A stretch of 18,879 nucleotides of DNA, from the NCBI GenBank assembly GCA_037133055.1, contig JBAXOY010000057.1:1-18879 (forward strand). The letters run 5' to 3'. Shown here in pieces: positions 1 to 8,264 of this stretch (position 1 is its first letter; each line of letters begins with the position of its first letter). A program made the translations under genes and the position numbers. Source of the stretch: Chlamydiota bacterium (GTDB lineage Bacteria; Auribacterota; Tritonobacteria; UBA1439). The notes under the pieces are model-generated. The model was not told the origin of the DNA, made no database searches, and saw nothing but the letters and a program-made list of their open reading frames with translations.

Positions 1-3
1 CCT

Positions 4-2025
4 GTGGAGAAGGTGAGGACCCTTGCCCTCATCGGACACGGAGGCTGCGGCAAGACGAGCCTCGCGGACGCGATGATGTTCCTGAGCGGGGCGAACGACC
101 GGCACGGCCGCGTCGACGCGGGGTCGTCCATCGGCGACACGAGCGAAGAGGAGAAGGATCGGAAGGTCAGCATCCAGTCGCATCCCCTTCACCTCGGGTG
201 GAAGGAGCAGAGCATCTTCGCCATCGACACGCCCGGCTACGCCGACTTCATCGGCGATGTGGTCTGCGCCCTCCGCGTGGCCGACGCGGCGGTCGTCGTG
301 GTGGACGCCCTGTCGGGGGTGGACGTGGGGACGCAGCGGGTCTGGAAGCTCGCCGACCGCCACAACCTGCCGCGCGCGGTCTTCATCAACAAGCTCGACA
401 AGGAGAATGCGGACTACGCGAAGTGCCTGGAGGCCGTGCGGAGCAATTTCGGCGCGAAGTGCATCCCGGTGGTGCTCCCGATCGGAAGGCAGTCGGGGCT
501 GAAGGGCGTGGCGGAGGTACTGTCGGGGAAGGGGATGGATGCGCTGGACGCGGACATGAAGGCGCTCGCCGCGGGCCTCAGGGAAAAGCTCACCGAGGCG
601 GCCGCGGAGACCGATGACGCGCTCACGGAGAAATATCTCGATCAGGGCGCCCTCGCCCCCGAGGAGGTCGCGCAGGCGCTCCGGAAGGCGGTGAGCGGCG
701 GTTCGCTCGTCCCCGTGTTCTGCGGCTCCGCGGACAAGGAAACGGGGGTCGCCGAGCTCCTCGACGGGATCTGCGGTTTTTTCCCGTCCCCGGAGGACCG
801 CGGGCAGGTCAGGGCCGCGGGCGACGCCGTCGTCGAACCGAAGGCCGGAGCGCCGTTCAGCGCGTTCGTGTTCAAGAACGTCACCGACCCGTTCGTGGGG
901 CAGCTCACCTATTTCAGGGTCTACTCAGGGACTCTCCGGGCGAACAGCTCTTTCTACAACGCGACCGTGCAGAAGTCGGAGCGGTTCGGGCATCTCTACT
1001 TCATCAAGGGGAAGGAGCAGATCTCCGTCGACGAGATCGGCCCCGGCGACATCGTGGCCGTCCCGAAGCTGAAGCTGACCGGGGTCGGGAACAGCCTCTC
1101 CGCGGAGGACCGCCCGGTCGAGTTCGAGGCGCTCTGGCTGCCGAAGACGGTGATCTCGTTCGCCGTCTTCCCGAAGAAGCTCGGCGAGGAGGAGAAGATC
1201 GCCGCCGGGCTCCACCGGCTGACCCAGGAGGACCCGACGCTCAGGGCCGTGCGGAATCCCGAGACCAAGGAGTTCATCGTCTCGGGAATGGGCGACGTCC
1301 ATATCGCGACCGCCCAGCAGCGGCTCAGGAACAAGTTCAGCGTCGAGGTCGACCTCAGGCTCCCCACGGTCCCGTACAAGGAGACGATCAAGGCCCTCGC
1401 CGAGGGGCACGAGCGGCACAAGAAGCAGACCGGCGGGCGGGGCCAGTACGCCGAGGTGTACCTCAAGGTCGAGCCGATGGGGAGGGGGAACGGGTTTGAG
1501 TTCGTGGACGACATCGTGGGCGGAACGATCCCGAAGAGCTTTCTCCCCGCGATCGAGAAGGGGGTGCGCGGGGCGATGGGCGCCGGGGTCGTCGCGGGCT
1601 TCCCGGTCGTGGACTTCCGCGTCCGCTGCTACGACGGGACCTTTCACGACGTCGACTCGTCCAACATGGCATTCGAGCTCGCGGGGTCGAAAGCGTTCAA
1701 GGACGGGATGGCCAAGGCCCGCCCGATCCTCCTCGAGCCGATCTACATACTCGACGTGACCGTACCGGCCGAGTACATGGGGGCCATCACCGGCGACCTC
1801 AACAGCAAGCGCGGGCGCATCATGGGGATGGAGCAGATGGGGGACCTCCAGAAGATCAAGGCGCAAGTTCCTCTCGCAGAAATGCTTAGTTACTGCACCC
1901 AGCTCCGGTCGCTCACGGGCGGGCGCGGCACGTTCGAGATGGAGTTCTCCTCCTACGAGGAGGTGCCGGCGGCGCTCGTGCCGAAGGTCATCGCCCAGTA
2001 CCAGGCGAAAAAGGAAGAAAAGTAG
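4..2025 (+). CDS. fusA: Elongation factor G paralogue (EF-G2-like translational GTPase); the start may lie slightly upstream of the window
   Basis: G1 GHGGCGKTS, G3 DTPGYADF, G4 NKLD, EDPTL, GMGDVHI, KKQTGGRGQYA, DGTFHDVDSS and LRSLTGGRG. Divergent switch I (RKVSI instead of RGITI) and YADF instead of HVDF indicate the non-canonical paralogue. Confidence 0.9.
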   Translation: MEKVRTLALIGHGGCGKTSLADAMMFLSGANDRHGRVDAGSSIGDTSEEEKDRKVSIQSHPLHLGWKEQSIFAIDTPGYADFIGDVVCALRVADAAVVVVDALSGVDVGTQRVWKLADRHNLPRAVFINKLDKENADYAKCLEAVRSNFGAKCIPVVLPIGRQSGLKGVAEVLSGKGMDALDADMKALAAGLREKLTEAAAETDDALTEKYLDQGALAPEEVAQALRKAVSGGSLVPVFCGSADKETGVAELLDGICGFFPSPEDRGQVRAAGDAVVEPKAGAPFSAFVFKNVTDPFVGQLTYFRVYSGTLRANSSFYNATVQKSERFGHLYFIKGKEQISVDEIGPGDIVAVPKLKLTGVGNSLSAEDRPVEFEALWLPKTVISFAVFPKKLGEEEKIAAGLHRLTQEDPTLRAVRNPETKEFIVSGMGDVHIATAQQRLRNKFSVEVDLRLPTVPYKETIKALAEGHERHKKQTGGRGQYAEVYLKVEPMGRGNGFEFVDDIVGGTIPKSFLPAIEKGVRGAMGAGVVAGFPVVDFRVRCYDGTFHDVDSSNMAFELAGSKAFKDGMAKARPILLEPIYILDVTVPAEYMGAITGDLNSKRGRIMGMEQMGDLQKIKAQVPLAEMLSYCTQLRSLTGGRGTFEMEFSSYEEVPAALVPKVIAQYQAKKEEK

Positions 2026-2040
2026 TCTTCCCCGCGTGCA

Positions 2041-2979
2041 ATGAAGTGTAACGATCTATCACGCCGCATCGGCGAAGCCCTCGCGATGCAGTCCCCCTGC
2101 CGGCTCTGTCCGCGCGCGTGCGGGGCCCGGCGCGACAGGGGGGAGAGGGGGTTCTGCCGCGAGGGGTCAACCGCGCGGGTCTTCAGCGCCGCCCCGCATT
2201 TCGGCGAGGAGCCGCCGCTCTCCGGAAAGGCCGGCTCCGGCACGGTGTTCTTCAGCGGCTGCACCCTCCGGTGCTCCTACTGCCAGAACCACGCGTTCAG
2301 CCAGGAGGGAGCCGGGAGCGAGGCCGGGCCCGGGGAGCTCGCGCGCATATTTCTCTCCCTCGAGAGGAGGGGGTGCCACAACCTGAACCTGGTCACCCCG
2401 ACGCATTTTCTGCCGCAAATCCTCCAGGCCCTCGCGCGGGCGGAGGAAGCGGGATTTTCGCTCCCCCTCGTGTACAACACAAGCGGGTATGAGTCGCCGG
2501 AGACGCTGCGCCTCCTCGACGGCGTCGTGGACATCTACCTGCCCGACATGCGGTATGACGCGGCTGCCCCCGCCGCGCGGCACTCGGAGGCGGAGGAGTA
2601 TCCGGAAATCAATCGCCACGCGGTGCGGGAGATGTGGCGGCAGGTCGGCCCGCTCGTCACCGACGCGGCGGGGGCTGCGCGCCGGGGGCTCATCGTCCGG
2701 CACCTGGTCCTCCCCGGGGGAGAGGCGGGAACCCGGGGCGTCCTGCGATTCCTCGCGGAAGAGGTGTCGCGCGACGCCGCGGTGAGCCTGATGAGCCAGT
2801 ACACGCCGTGCTTCCGGGCTCTCGGCGACCCGCTCCTCGGCCGGAGACCGACCCGGATCGAGTTCGAAGAAGCCGCGGAGGCCCTGCGCGATCTCGGGCT
2901 CAGGAACGGGTGGATACAGGAATGGTCTGAGGACGGGGGCCGTGAGTTCCTGGGTGAAACGTTCACCCCCGGGGTTTAA
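2041..2979 (+). CDS. Radical SAM protein, PflX-like (uncharacterised Fe-S protein)
   Basis: N-terminal CRLCPRAC...GFC, HFGEEPPLSG..GSGTVFFSGC, radical SAM CxxxCxxC (CTLRCSYC), NLNLVTPTH, YNTSGYE, DIYLPD and GLIVRHLVLPG. Confidence 0.88.
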   Translation: MKCNDLSRRIGEALAMQSPCRLCPRACGARRDRGERGFCREGSTARVFSAAPHFGEEPPLSGKAGSGTVFFSGCTLRCSYCQNHAFSQEGAGSEAGPGELARIFLSLERRGCHNLNLVTPTHFLPQILQALARAEEAGFSLPLVYNTSGYESPETLRLLDGVVDIYLPDMRYDAAAPAARHSEAEEYPEINRHAVREMWRQVGPLVTDAAGAARRGLIVRHLVLPGGEAGTRGVLRFLAEEVSRDAAVSLMSQYTPCFRALGDPLLGRRPTRIEFEEAAEALRDLGLRNGWIQEWSEDGGREFLGETFTPGV

Positions 2980-3006
2980 AATTCACGCGGCAACCGGGCA
3001 GGAGGT

Positions 3007-3044
3007 TTGGCTTTTTCTCGGGGCCGGAATAGCATATAATCCGG
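3007..3044 (+). promoter_or_regulatory. Putative sigma70-type promoter for the yebC-ruv operon
   Basis: Perfect TATAAT at 3035-3040 in an AT-richer intergenic gap. TTGGCT (3007-3012) lies 17 bp from an alternative -10, TAGCAT (3030-3035). CCGGA-N11-TCCGG (3024-3044) overlaps the -10. Confidence 0.5.
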
Positions 3045-3076
3045 TAGAGCAGGGCGCACGGCGGAGGGGGAACCCC

Positions 3077-3832
3077 ATGAGCGGACATTCAAAGTGGGCG
3101 AGCATCAAGCACAAGAAGGGCGCAGCGGACCAGAAACGGGGGAAGGTGTTCAGCAAGTTCGTCAGGGAGATCAGCGTGGCGGCGCGGTTCGGGGGGGGCG
3201 ACCCGGACTCGAACCCTCGCCTGCGCACGGTGATCGCGAAGGCGAAGCAGTACAACATGCCCGCGGACAACATCGACAAGGCGATCAAGAAGGGGACCGG
3301 GGAGCTCCCCGGGGTCTCCTACGAGGAGATCACCTACGAGGGATACGGCCCGGGCGGGGTCGCGCTCCTGGTGGACTGCCTCTCGGACAACAAGAACCGG
3401 ACATCATCCGAGATCCGCAATATCTTCGACAAAAAGAACGGCCGGATGGCCGGGGCCGGGTCCGTCGCCTGGAACTTCGCCAAGAAGGGGTTCATCGCCG
3501 TCGAGAAGGGGGTGATCGAAGAGGACCAGCTCCTCGCCCTCGCCCTCGACGCCGGCGCGGAGGATTTCAGCGCGGAGGAAAAGGAGTCCTACGAGATTTA
3601 CACGAAGCCGGAGGCGCTCGATGAGGTCAAGAAGGCGCTCGACGCCAAGGGGATCAAGTACACCGTCGCCGAGCTCGCGCTCATCCCCAAGAGCACGGTG
3701 GGCGTGACCGGCAAGGATGCGCAGCACGTCCTTGCCCTGATGGAGGAGCTCGAGGACCACGACGACGTGCAGAACGTCTCGACGAACGCGGATCTCCCGG
3801 ATGACATCGTTGAGGCCGCGGCCGGGAAATAG
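3077..3832 (+). CDS. yebC: YebC/PmpR family protein
   Basis: MSGHSKWASIKHKKG, GGGDPDSNPRLR, YEGYGPGGVA, DNKNRT and LEDHDDVQNV. ATG at 3077 follows a GGAGG Shine-Dalgarno (SD) site. Confidence 0.95.
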   Translation: MSGHSKWASIKHKKGAADQKRGKVFSKFVREISVAARFGGGDPDSNPRLRTVIAKAKQYNMPADNIDKAIKKGTGELPGVSYEEITYEGYGPGGVALLVDCLSDNKNRTSSEIRNIFDKKNGRMAGAGSVAWNFAKKGFIAVEKGVIEEDQLLALALDAGAEDFSAEEKESYEIYTKPEALDEVKKALDAKGIKYTVAELALIPKSTVGVTGKDAQHVLALMEELEDHDDVQNVSTNADLPDDIVEAAAGK

Positions 3833-3846
3833 CCCTCGGGGATGAT

Positions 3847-4395
3847 GTGAGAATCATCGGTATCGACCCCGGCACGCTCGTGACCGGCTACGGGATCGTG
3901 GACAAGGATGGGGGCCGCATCTCGTTCGTCGCCTGCGGGTGCGTCAGAAACCGCCGCGGCGCCCCGCTCCCCATCCGTTTCCTGAATATCTACCGGGAGC
4001 TGGGCGGTGTCTTCGACGACTACCGCCCCGGGGAGATGGCGCTCGAGGGGATCTTTTTCTGCAAGAACGTCAGGACGGCCCTGAAGCTCGGGGAGGCCCG
4101 CGGCGTGGCGATGCTGGTGGCGGCCGAGAAGGGCGTGGAGGTCTTCGAGTACGCGCCGCGGCGCGTGAAACAGGCGGTGCTCGGCAACGGGGGCGCCCGG
4201 AAGAGCCAGGTCCAGTTCATGATGAAGTCCCTCCTCGGGCTGGACGAGGAGCCAAGCTCCCCCGACGCCGCGGACGCGCTGGCCATCGCCCTGTGCCGCG
4301 CCTTCGCGGGAGGCGGCGTGAGATCTGAGATCTCAGATCTCAGATCTCAGATCAAGGAGGGTGCGCGGCCGACGCGGGGCCGTGTGAAGGGATGA
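3847..4395 (+). CDS. ruvC: Holliday junction resolvase RuvC with a repeat-derived C-terminal tail
   Basis: IIGIDPG, ALEGIFF, LGEARGV, EYAPRRVKQAV.G.G.A.KSQV and DAADALAIA; lies between yebC and ruvA. Confidence 0.95.
   Translation: MRIIGIDPGTLVTGYGIVDKDGGRISFVACGCVRNRRGAPLPIRFLNIYRELGGVFDDYRPGEMALEGIFFCKNVRTALKLGEARGVAMLVAAEKGVEVFEYAPRRVKQAVLGNGGARKSQVQFMMKSLLGLDEEPSSPDAADALAIALCRAFAGGGVRSEISDLRSQIKEGARPTRGRVKG
4319..4353. repeat. Heptamer array (AGATCTC/G, about 5 units) containing a perfect 24-bp palindrome
   Basis: TG AGATCTG AGATCTC AGATCTC AGATCTC AGATC; 4319-4342 (TGAGATCTGAGATCTCAGATCTCA) equals its own reverse complement. Confidence 0.93.
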
Positions 4396-4399
4396 CGGG

Positions 4400-4993
4400 A
4401 TGATCACGCACCTCGAGGGCGAACTCAGACAGGCGCGGCCGACCAGCATTGTGGTCGATGTCGGGGGTATCGGCTACGAGTGCGTCATCCCCCTGAGCAG
4501 CTTCGACCGGCTCCCGAGGAAGGGGGAGCGGGTCACGGTGCTCACCCACCTGCACCTCCGAGAGGACGGGATGACGCTCTACGGCTTCATGACCGAGGAG
4601 GAGCGCGGGCTCTTCCGCATGCTCATCAGCGTCTCCGGGATCGGGCCGAAGATCGCCGTCGGCATCCTGAGCGGGATCTCGCCGCGCAACTTCCGCAGCG
4701 CCGTGCGGCAGGGGAGCGTCGCGATGCTCTCCGCGGTCCCCGGCATCGGCAAAAAGAAGGCCGAACGCCTCATCGTGGAGCTGAAGGACAGGATCGCCGC
4801 GATCGAGATCGAGGGTGAGGAGCGGGAAGCGCCGGCGGAGGGCCGCGCGGGCAACGACGCGATGCTGGCCCTTGTTTCGCTCGGCTACTCGCGGCTCGAG
4901 GCGCAGAAGGCAGTCCACGCGGCCATGAAGCGCATCGGGAAGGCCGTCGACGCGGAGACGCTCATCCGCGAGGCGCTGAAGGCGGCGACATAG
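4400..4993 (+). CDS. ruvA: Holliday junction branch migration protein RuvA
   Basis: [43 protein letters not shown] and ALVSLGY. Confidence 0.96.
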   Translation: MITHLEGELRQARPTSIVVDVGGIGYECVIPLSSFDRLPRKGERVTVLTHLHLREDGMTLYGFMTEEERGLFRMLISVSGIGPKIAVGILSGISPRNFRSAVRQGSVAMLSAVPGIGKKKAERLIVELKDRIAAIEIEGEEREAPAEGRAGNDAMLALVSLGYSRLEAQKAVHAAMKRIGKAVDAETLIREALKAAT

Positions 4994-5013
4994 GGCTGTC
5001 TGGGTGTGAGGTT

Positions 5014-6036
5014 ATGACCGAACCATTCGTGGAAAAGGCGCTGAAGGACAAGGACCCGCAGCTCGACCTCACGCTCCGCCCCGCCGAGTTCGGCGATTTC
5101 ATCGGGCAGGAGAGGGTCAAGGAGCGCCTCGGGATATTCATCCGCGCCGCGCGCGAGCGGGGCGAGGCGCTCGAACACGCGATCTTCTCGGGCCCCCCGG
5201 GCCTCGGGAAGACCACGCTCGCCTATCTCATCGCCAAGGCGATGGGCTCGAATATCAAGGCGATTTCGGGGCCGGTGATCGAGAAGGCAGGGGACCTCGC
5301 GGGGCTCCTCACCAACCTCGAAAACGGCGACATCCTCTTCATCGACGAGATACACCGGATCAACAAGGTCATCGAGGAATACCTCTATCCCGCGATGGAG
5401 GATTTCACTCTGGACATCATCATCGACCAGGGGCCGAACGCCCGGAGCGTGCGGCTCAATCTCGCCCGGTTCACGCTCCTCGGCGCCACTACCCGGAGCG
5501 GGCTCATCAGCGCGCCGCTCCGCTCGCGCTTCGGCATGGCGATTCGGCTCGACTACTACCCGGTGGACGACCTCGATAGGATCGTCCTGAGAAGCGCGCG
5601 CATCCTCGGCGTCGAGATAGACGGCGGGGGTTCGGCGGAGATCGCCAGGCGGGCACGGGGGACGCCCCGCATCGCCAATAATCTGCTCCGCCGGGTGCGG
5701 GACTATGCCCAGGTGAAGGCGGGAAACCGCATCACGGCGGAAATCGCCGACGCGGCCCTCGCCATGCTCGACGTGGACCGGCACGGCCTCGACGAGATGG
5801 ACGCGCGGATCCTGACGACGATCATCCGGAGCTTCGGCGGGGGGCCCGTCGGCATCGGCAGCATTGCCGTCGCGGTGGGGGAGGAGCCGGGGACCCTCGA
5901 GGAGGTGTACGAGCCGTACCTCATCCAGCAGGGGTACCTCAAGAGGACCTCCCAGGGGCGGGTCGCCACGGACAAGGCCTACGGGCGGTTCGGGGAAAAG
6001 AAAAACGGCTCCGGGGCTCAGGGGGAGTTCCTCTGA
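5014..6036 (+). CDS. ruvB: Holliday junction DNA helicase RuvB
   Basis: LRP..FIGQ, Walker [24 protein letters not shown]....[15 protein letters not shown] and YEPYL. Confidence 0.97.
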   Translation: MTEPFVEKALKDKDPQLDLTLRPAEFGDFIGQERVKERLGIFIRAARERGEALEHAIFSGPPGLGKTTLAYLIAKAMGSNIKAISGPVIEKAGDLAGLLTNLENGDILFIDEIHRINKVIEEYLYPAMEDFTLDIIIDQGPNARSVRLNLARFTLLGATTRSGLISAPLRSRFGMAIRLDYYPVDDLDRIVLRSARILGVEIDGGGSAEIARRARGTPRIANNLLRRVRDYAQVKAGNRITAEIADAALAMLDVDRHGLDEMDARILTTIIRSFGGGPVGIGSIAVAVGEEPGTLEEVYEPYLIQQGYLKRTSQGRVATDKAYGRFGEKKNGSGAQGEFL

Positions 6037-6064
6037 GGACCTTCAACGCCGGATGCGCGATGCC

Positions 6065-7249
6065 ATGACCCGCCTCAGGACCGCCGATTTCGACTATGCC
6101 CTGCCCGCCTCCTTCATCGCGCAGGAACCGGCCCCGCGGCGCGAGGACTCACGCCTGATGGTATTCCGAGCCGACCGCGGCACGGTCAGCCACGCCGGCT
6201 TTTCCGGGATCGGCGACCACCTTGGAGATGCAGCCCTTTTGGTGCTCAACGACACGAAGGTCTTCCCCGCCAGGCTGATCGGCAGGAAGGCGGGCACGGG
6301 CGGGCAGGTGGAGGTGCTCCTTTTGCGTGAGCGGGAAGGGGGGGAATGGGAGTGCCTCCTCAAACCGGGCGCGCGGCTGAGGGGAGGGGCGGAGATCGAG
6401 TTCGAGGGGAGTTCGCTCGTCGCCCGGGTGGGGGAGAGAATCCCCGGGGGGATCTTCACGGTCCGATTTGAGGGGGAGGGCGAGTTCTGGGATGAGGTGT
6501 ACAGGATCGGCAGGGTGCCGCTGCCGCCGTATATTAAAAGAAATCCCAAATCCAAAATCCCAAATCCCAACGGAAGAGATCCCGAATCCCAAATCCCAAA
6601 TCCCAACGGAAGGAATCCCGAATCTCAAATCCCAGATACACGAGACAGGGAGGACAGGGAGAGATACCAGACGGTGTACGCGCGGCAACGGGGTGCGGTC
6701 GCCGCTCCGACCGCGGGGCTTCATTTCTCCACGGAACTTCTGGAGCGGCTCGCGTCACGGGGGATCGAAACGGCGACGCTCACCCTCCACGTCGGCCCGG
6801 GCACCTTCAGGCCGGTGAGCGGGGAGTACGTCGCGGATCACAGGATGCACCCCGAGTGGTACGAGATCGGGGAGGGGGCCGCGGAAAGGATCAACCGGGC
6901 GCGCCGCGAGGGGAGGCGCGTGGTGGCGGTGGGGACGACCTCGGCGCGGGCGCTCGAAGCCGCCGCCGACGAAGGCGGTGTTGTCAGGGCGGGCGCGGCG
7001 TGGACGGAGATATTCATCTATCCCCCCTACCGGTTCAGGGTCGTGGAAAACCTGCTCACCAACTTTCATCTCCCCGGCTCGACGCTCCTGATGCTGGTCG
7101 CCGCGCTCGCGGGCAGGGAGAGCGTGCTCGAACTGTACGAGATCGCCAAGAGAGAGGGGTACAGGTTTTATAGCTACGGAGACGCGATGTTAATTTTAAA
7201 TCCCAAATCCTCCGCCGAAGGCGGACAAATCCCAAATCCCAAAAGATGA
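6065..7249 (+). CDS. queA: SAM:tRNA ribosyltransferase-isomerase QueA with an internal repeat insertion and a C-terminal extension (alternative start at 6053)
   Basis: DFDY.LP...IAQ.P, LVLNDTKVFPARL, PLPPYIKR, RYQTVYA, AAPTAGLHF, TLHVG.GTF.PV, VGTTS.RALE, LLTNFHLP.STL and YRFYSYGDAMLI. Confidence 0.95.
   Translation: MTRLRTADFDYALPASFIAQEPAPRREDSRLMVFRADRGTVSHAGFSGIGDHLGDAALLVLNDTKVFPARLIGRKAGTGGQVEVLLLREREGGEWECLLKPGARLRGGAEIEFEGSSLVARVGERIPGGIFTVRFEGEGEFWDEVYRIGRVPLPPYIKRNPKSKIPNPNGRDPESQIPNPNGRNPESQIPDTRDREDRERYQTVYARQRGAVAAPTAGLHFSTELLERLASRGIETATLTLHVGPGTFRPVSGEYVADHRMHPEWYEIGEGAAERINRARREGRRVVAVGTTSARALEAAADEGGVVRAGAAWTEIFIYPPYRFRVVENLLTNFHLPGSTLLMLVAALAGRESVLELYEIAKREGYRFYSYGDAMLILNPKSSAEGGQIPNPKR
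6541..6640. repeat. In-frame AAATCCC-family heptamer array with a 36-bp higher-order unit (4x7+8 bp), about 3 copies
   Basis: AAATCCC AAATCCA AAATCCC AAATCCC AACGGAAG / AGATCCC GAATCCC AAATCCC AAATCCC AACGGAAG / GAATCCC GAATCTC AAATCCC AGATACA. Confidence 0.95.
7198..7243. repeat. AAATCCC array interrupted by the hairpin TCCGCC-GAA-GGCGGA
   Basis: AAATCCC AAATCC [TCCGCCGAAGGCGGA, 7211-7225] C AAATCCC AAATCCC AAA. Confidence 0.92.
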
Positions 7250-8220
7250 GAAAAAGGTATCTCCGCCTCCTGCTGATTTCGTGCATTGTCATCGGCGCAT
7301 TCCTGCCGCCGGCACGCGGTGCGGAGCCGGCCGCCGCGCCCGCCCCCGCGGCGCCGCTCGCCGTATATTTTCTCGAGGTCGGGCACGGCGACGCCACCAT
7401 CATCACAACGCCGGGGGGGAAGTGCGTGCTCATCGACGCCGCGGGAGGCCGCAGGGGGGGCGAGGCGGTCCTCTCTTTCATGGGAAAGAAGGGGATCCGG
7501 CGGATCGACACGGTCGTGATGTCGCACGCGGACGGCGACCATATCGGGGGGATGCCCGCTATTCTCGAGAGCCCGCTCGCAGTGGGGGAGTTTCTCGATC
7601 CCGGCTATCCTCACACGACCGGGCTCTACCAGCGGGTCCTGAAGTCCGTCAAGAACCGCGCGGGGACACGCTATCGCACCGCGAAAGCGGGGGATAGTCT
7701 CGACTTGGGAAGGGAACTCACGGTCCGGGTCCTGAGCCCCTCGGGCAAGCCGCGAAGCACCAACGACAGCTCGATCGTCATCCAGCTCCGCTACGGGAAG
7801 GTCTCCTTCCTCTTCACCGGGGATGCCGGGAGCGGCGCGGAGAAGGGGATGGTAAGGCGGATCGGGGGGGGGTTGAGGTCGCAGATACTCAAGGTCGCGC
7901 ACCACGGGTCGAAGTCGTCCTCCTCGGAGCCGTTCCTTTTGTCCGTGAAGCCCGAGGTCGCAGTCGTGAGCACCGACAGCACCGGCCCTGACGGCCCGTA
8001 CATTGAGACCATCGACAGGCTGCGCAAGGCGGGGGCGAAGGTGTACCAGACGGGGCGATACGGGATGGTCACGGTGGAGTCGGACGGGAAGGGCTACCGG
8101 GTCCTCACGGAGCGGGTTCCCGGGCGGGCGACCGTGACCGCGCGCGAAACCCCGGCAGTCACTCCCGCGCTCATCACGCCGCGTGAGATGCCCGTTTCAA
8201 CCGGGGCCGTCCCACAATGA
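7246..8220 (+). CDS. Secreted MBL-fold metallo-hydrolase, similar to the ComEC/Rec2 C-terminal domain
   Basis: Signal-peptide-like N-terminus, FLEVGHGDA, LIDA, SHADGDHIGG (HxDxDH), NDSSIV, LFTGDA and LKVAHHGS. ATGA overlap with the queA stop. Confidence 0.85.
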   Translation: MRKRYLRLLLISCIVIGAFLPPARGAEPAAAPAPAAPLAVYFLEVGHGDATIITTPGGKCVLIDAAGGRRGGEAVLSFMGKKGIRRIDTVVMSHADGDHIGGMPAILESPLAVGEFLDPGYPHTTGLYQRVLKSVKNRAGTRYRTAKAGDSLDLGRELTVRVLSPSGKPRSTNDSSIVIQLRYGKVSFLFTGDAGSGAEKGMVRRIGGGLRSQILKVAHHGSKSSSSEPFLLSVKPEVAVVSTDSTGPDGPYIETIDRLRKAGAKVYQTGRYGMVTVESDGKGYRVLTERVPGRATVTARETPAVTPALITPREMPVSTGAVPQ

Positions 8221-8227
8221 TGCCCAT

Positions 8228-8260
8228 CGTTGGGATTTTGGATTTGGGATTTGGGATTTT
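8228..8260. repeat. Inverted copy of the heptamer array (GGGATTT x4)
   Basis: CGTT GGGATTT TGGATTT GGGATTT GGGATTT; the reverse complement of 8228-8259 matches 6541-6572 at 30/32. Confidence 0.93.
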
Positions 8261-8264
8261 ATAG

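Noticed and set aside
3024..3044. LexA/SOS box upstream of the ruv operon
   Set aside because: Only a 5-bp GC-rich dyad that matches no LexA motif I can name; kept only as part of the promoter note.
2942..3076. Upstream start for yebC
   Set aside because: Overlaps the previous gene and the promoter region; the conserved MSGHSKW begins at 3077.
5864..6064. Upstream start for queA
   Set aside because: Overlaps ruvB; QueA similarity begins near 6065.
6541..6640. CRISPR-like 36-bp repeat or plant-type telomeric repeat
   Set aside because: The units are contiguous with no spacers, and GGGATTT is the mirror image of TTTAGGG rather than a permutation of it.
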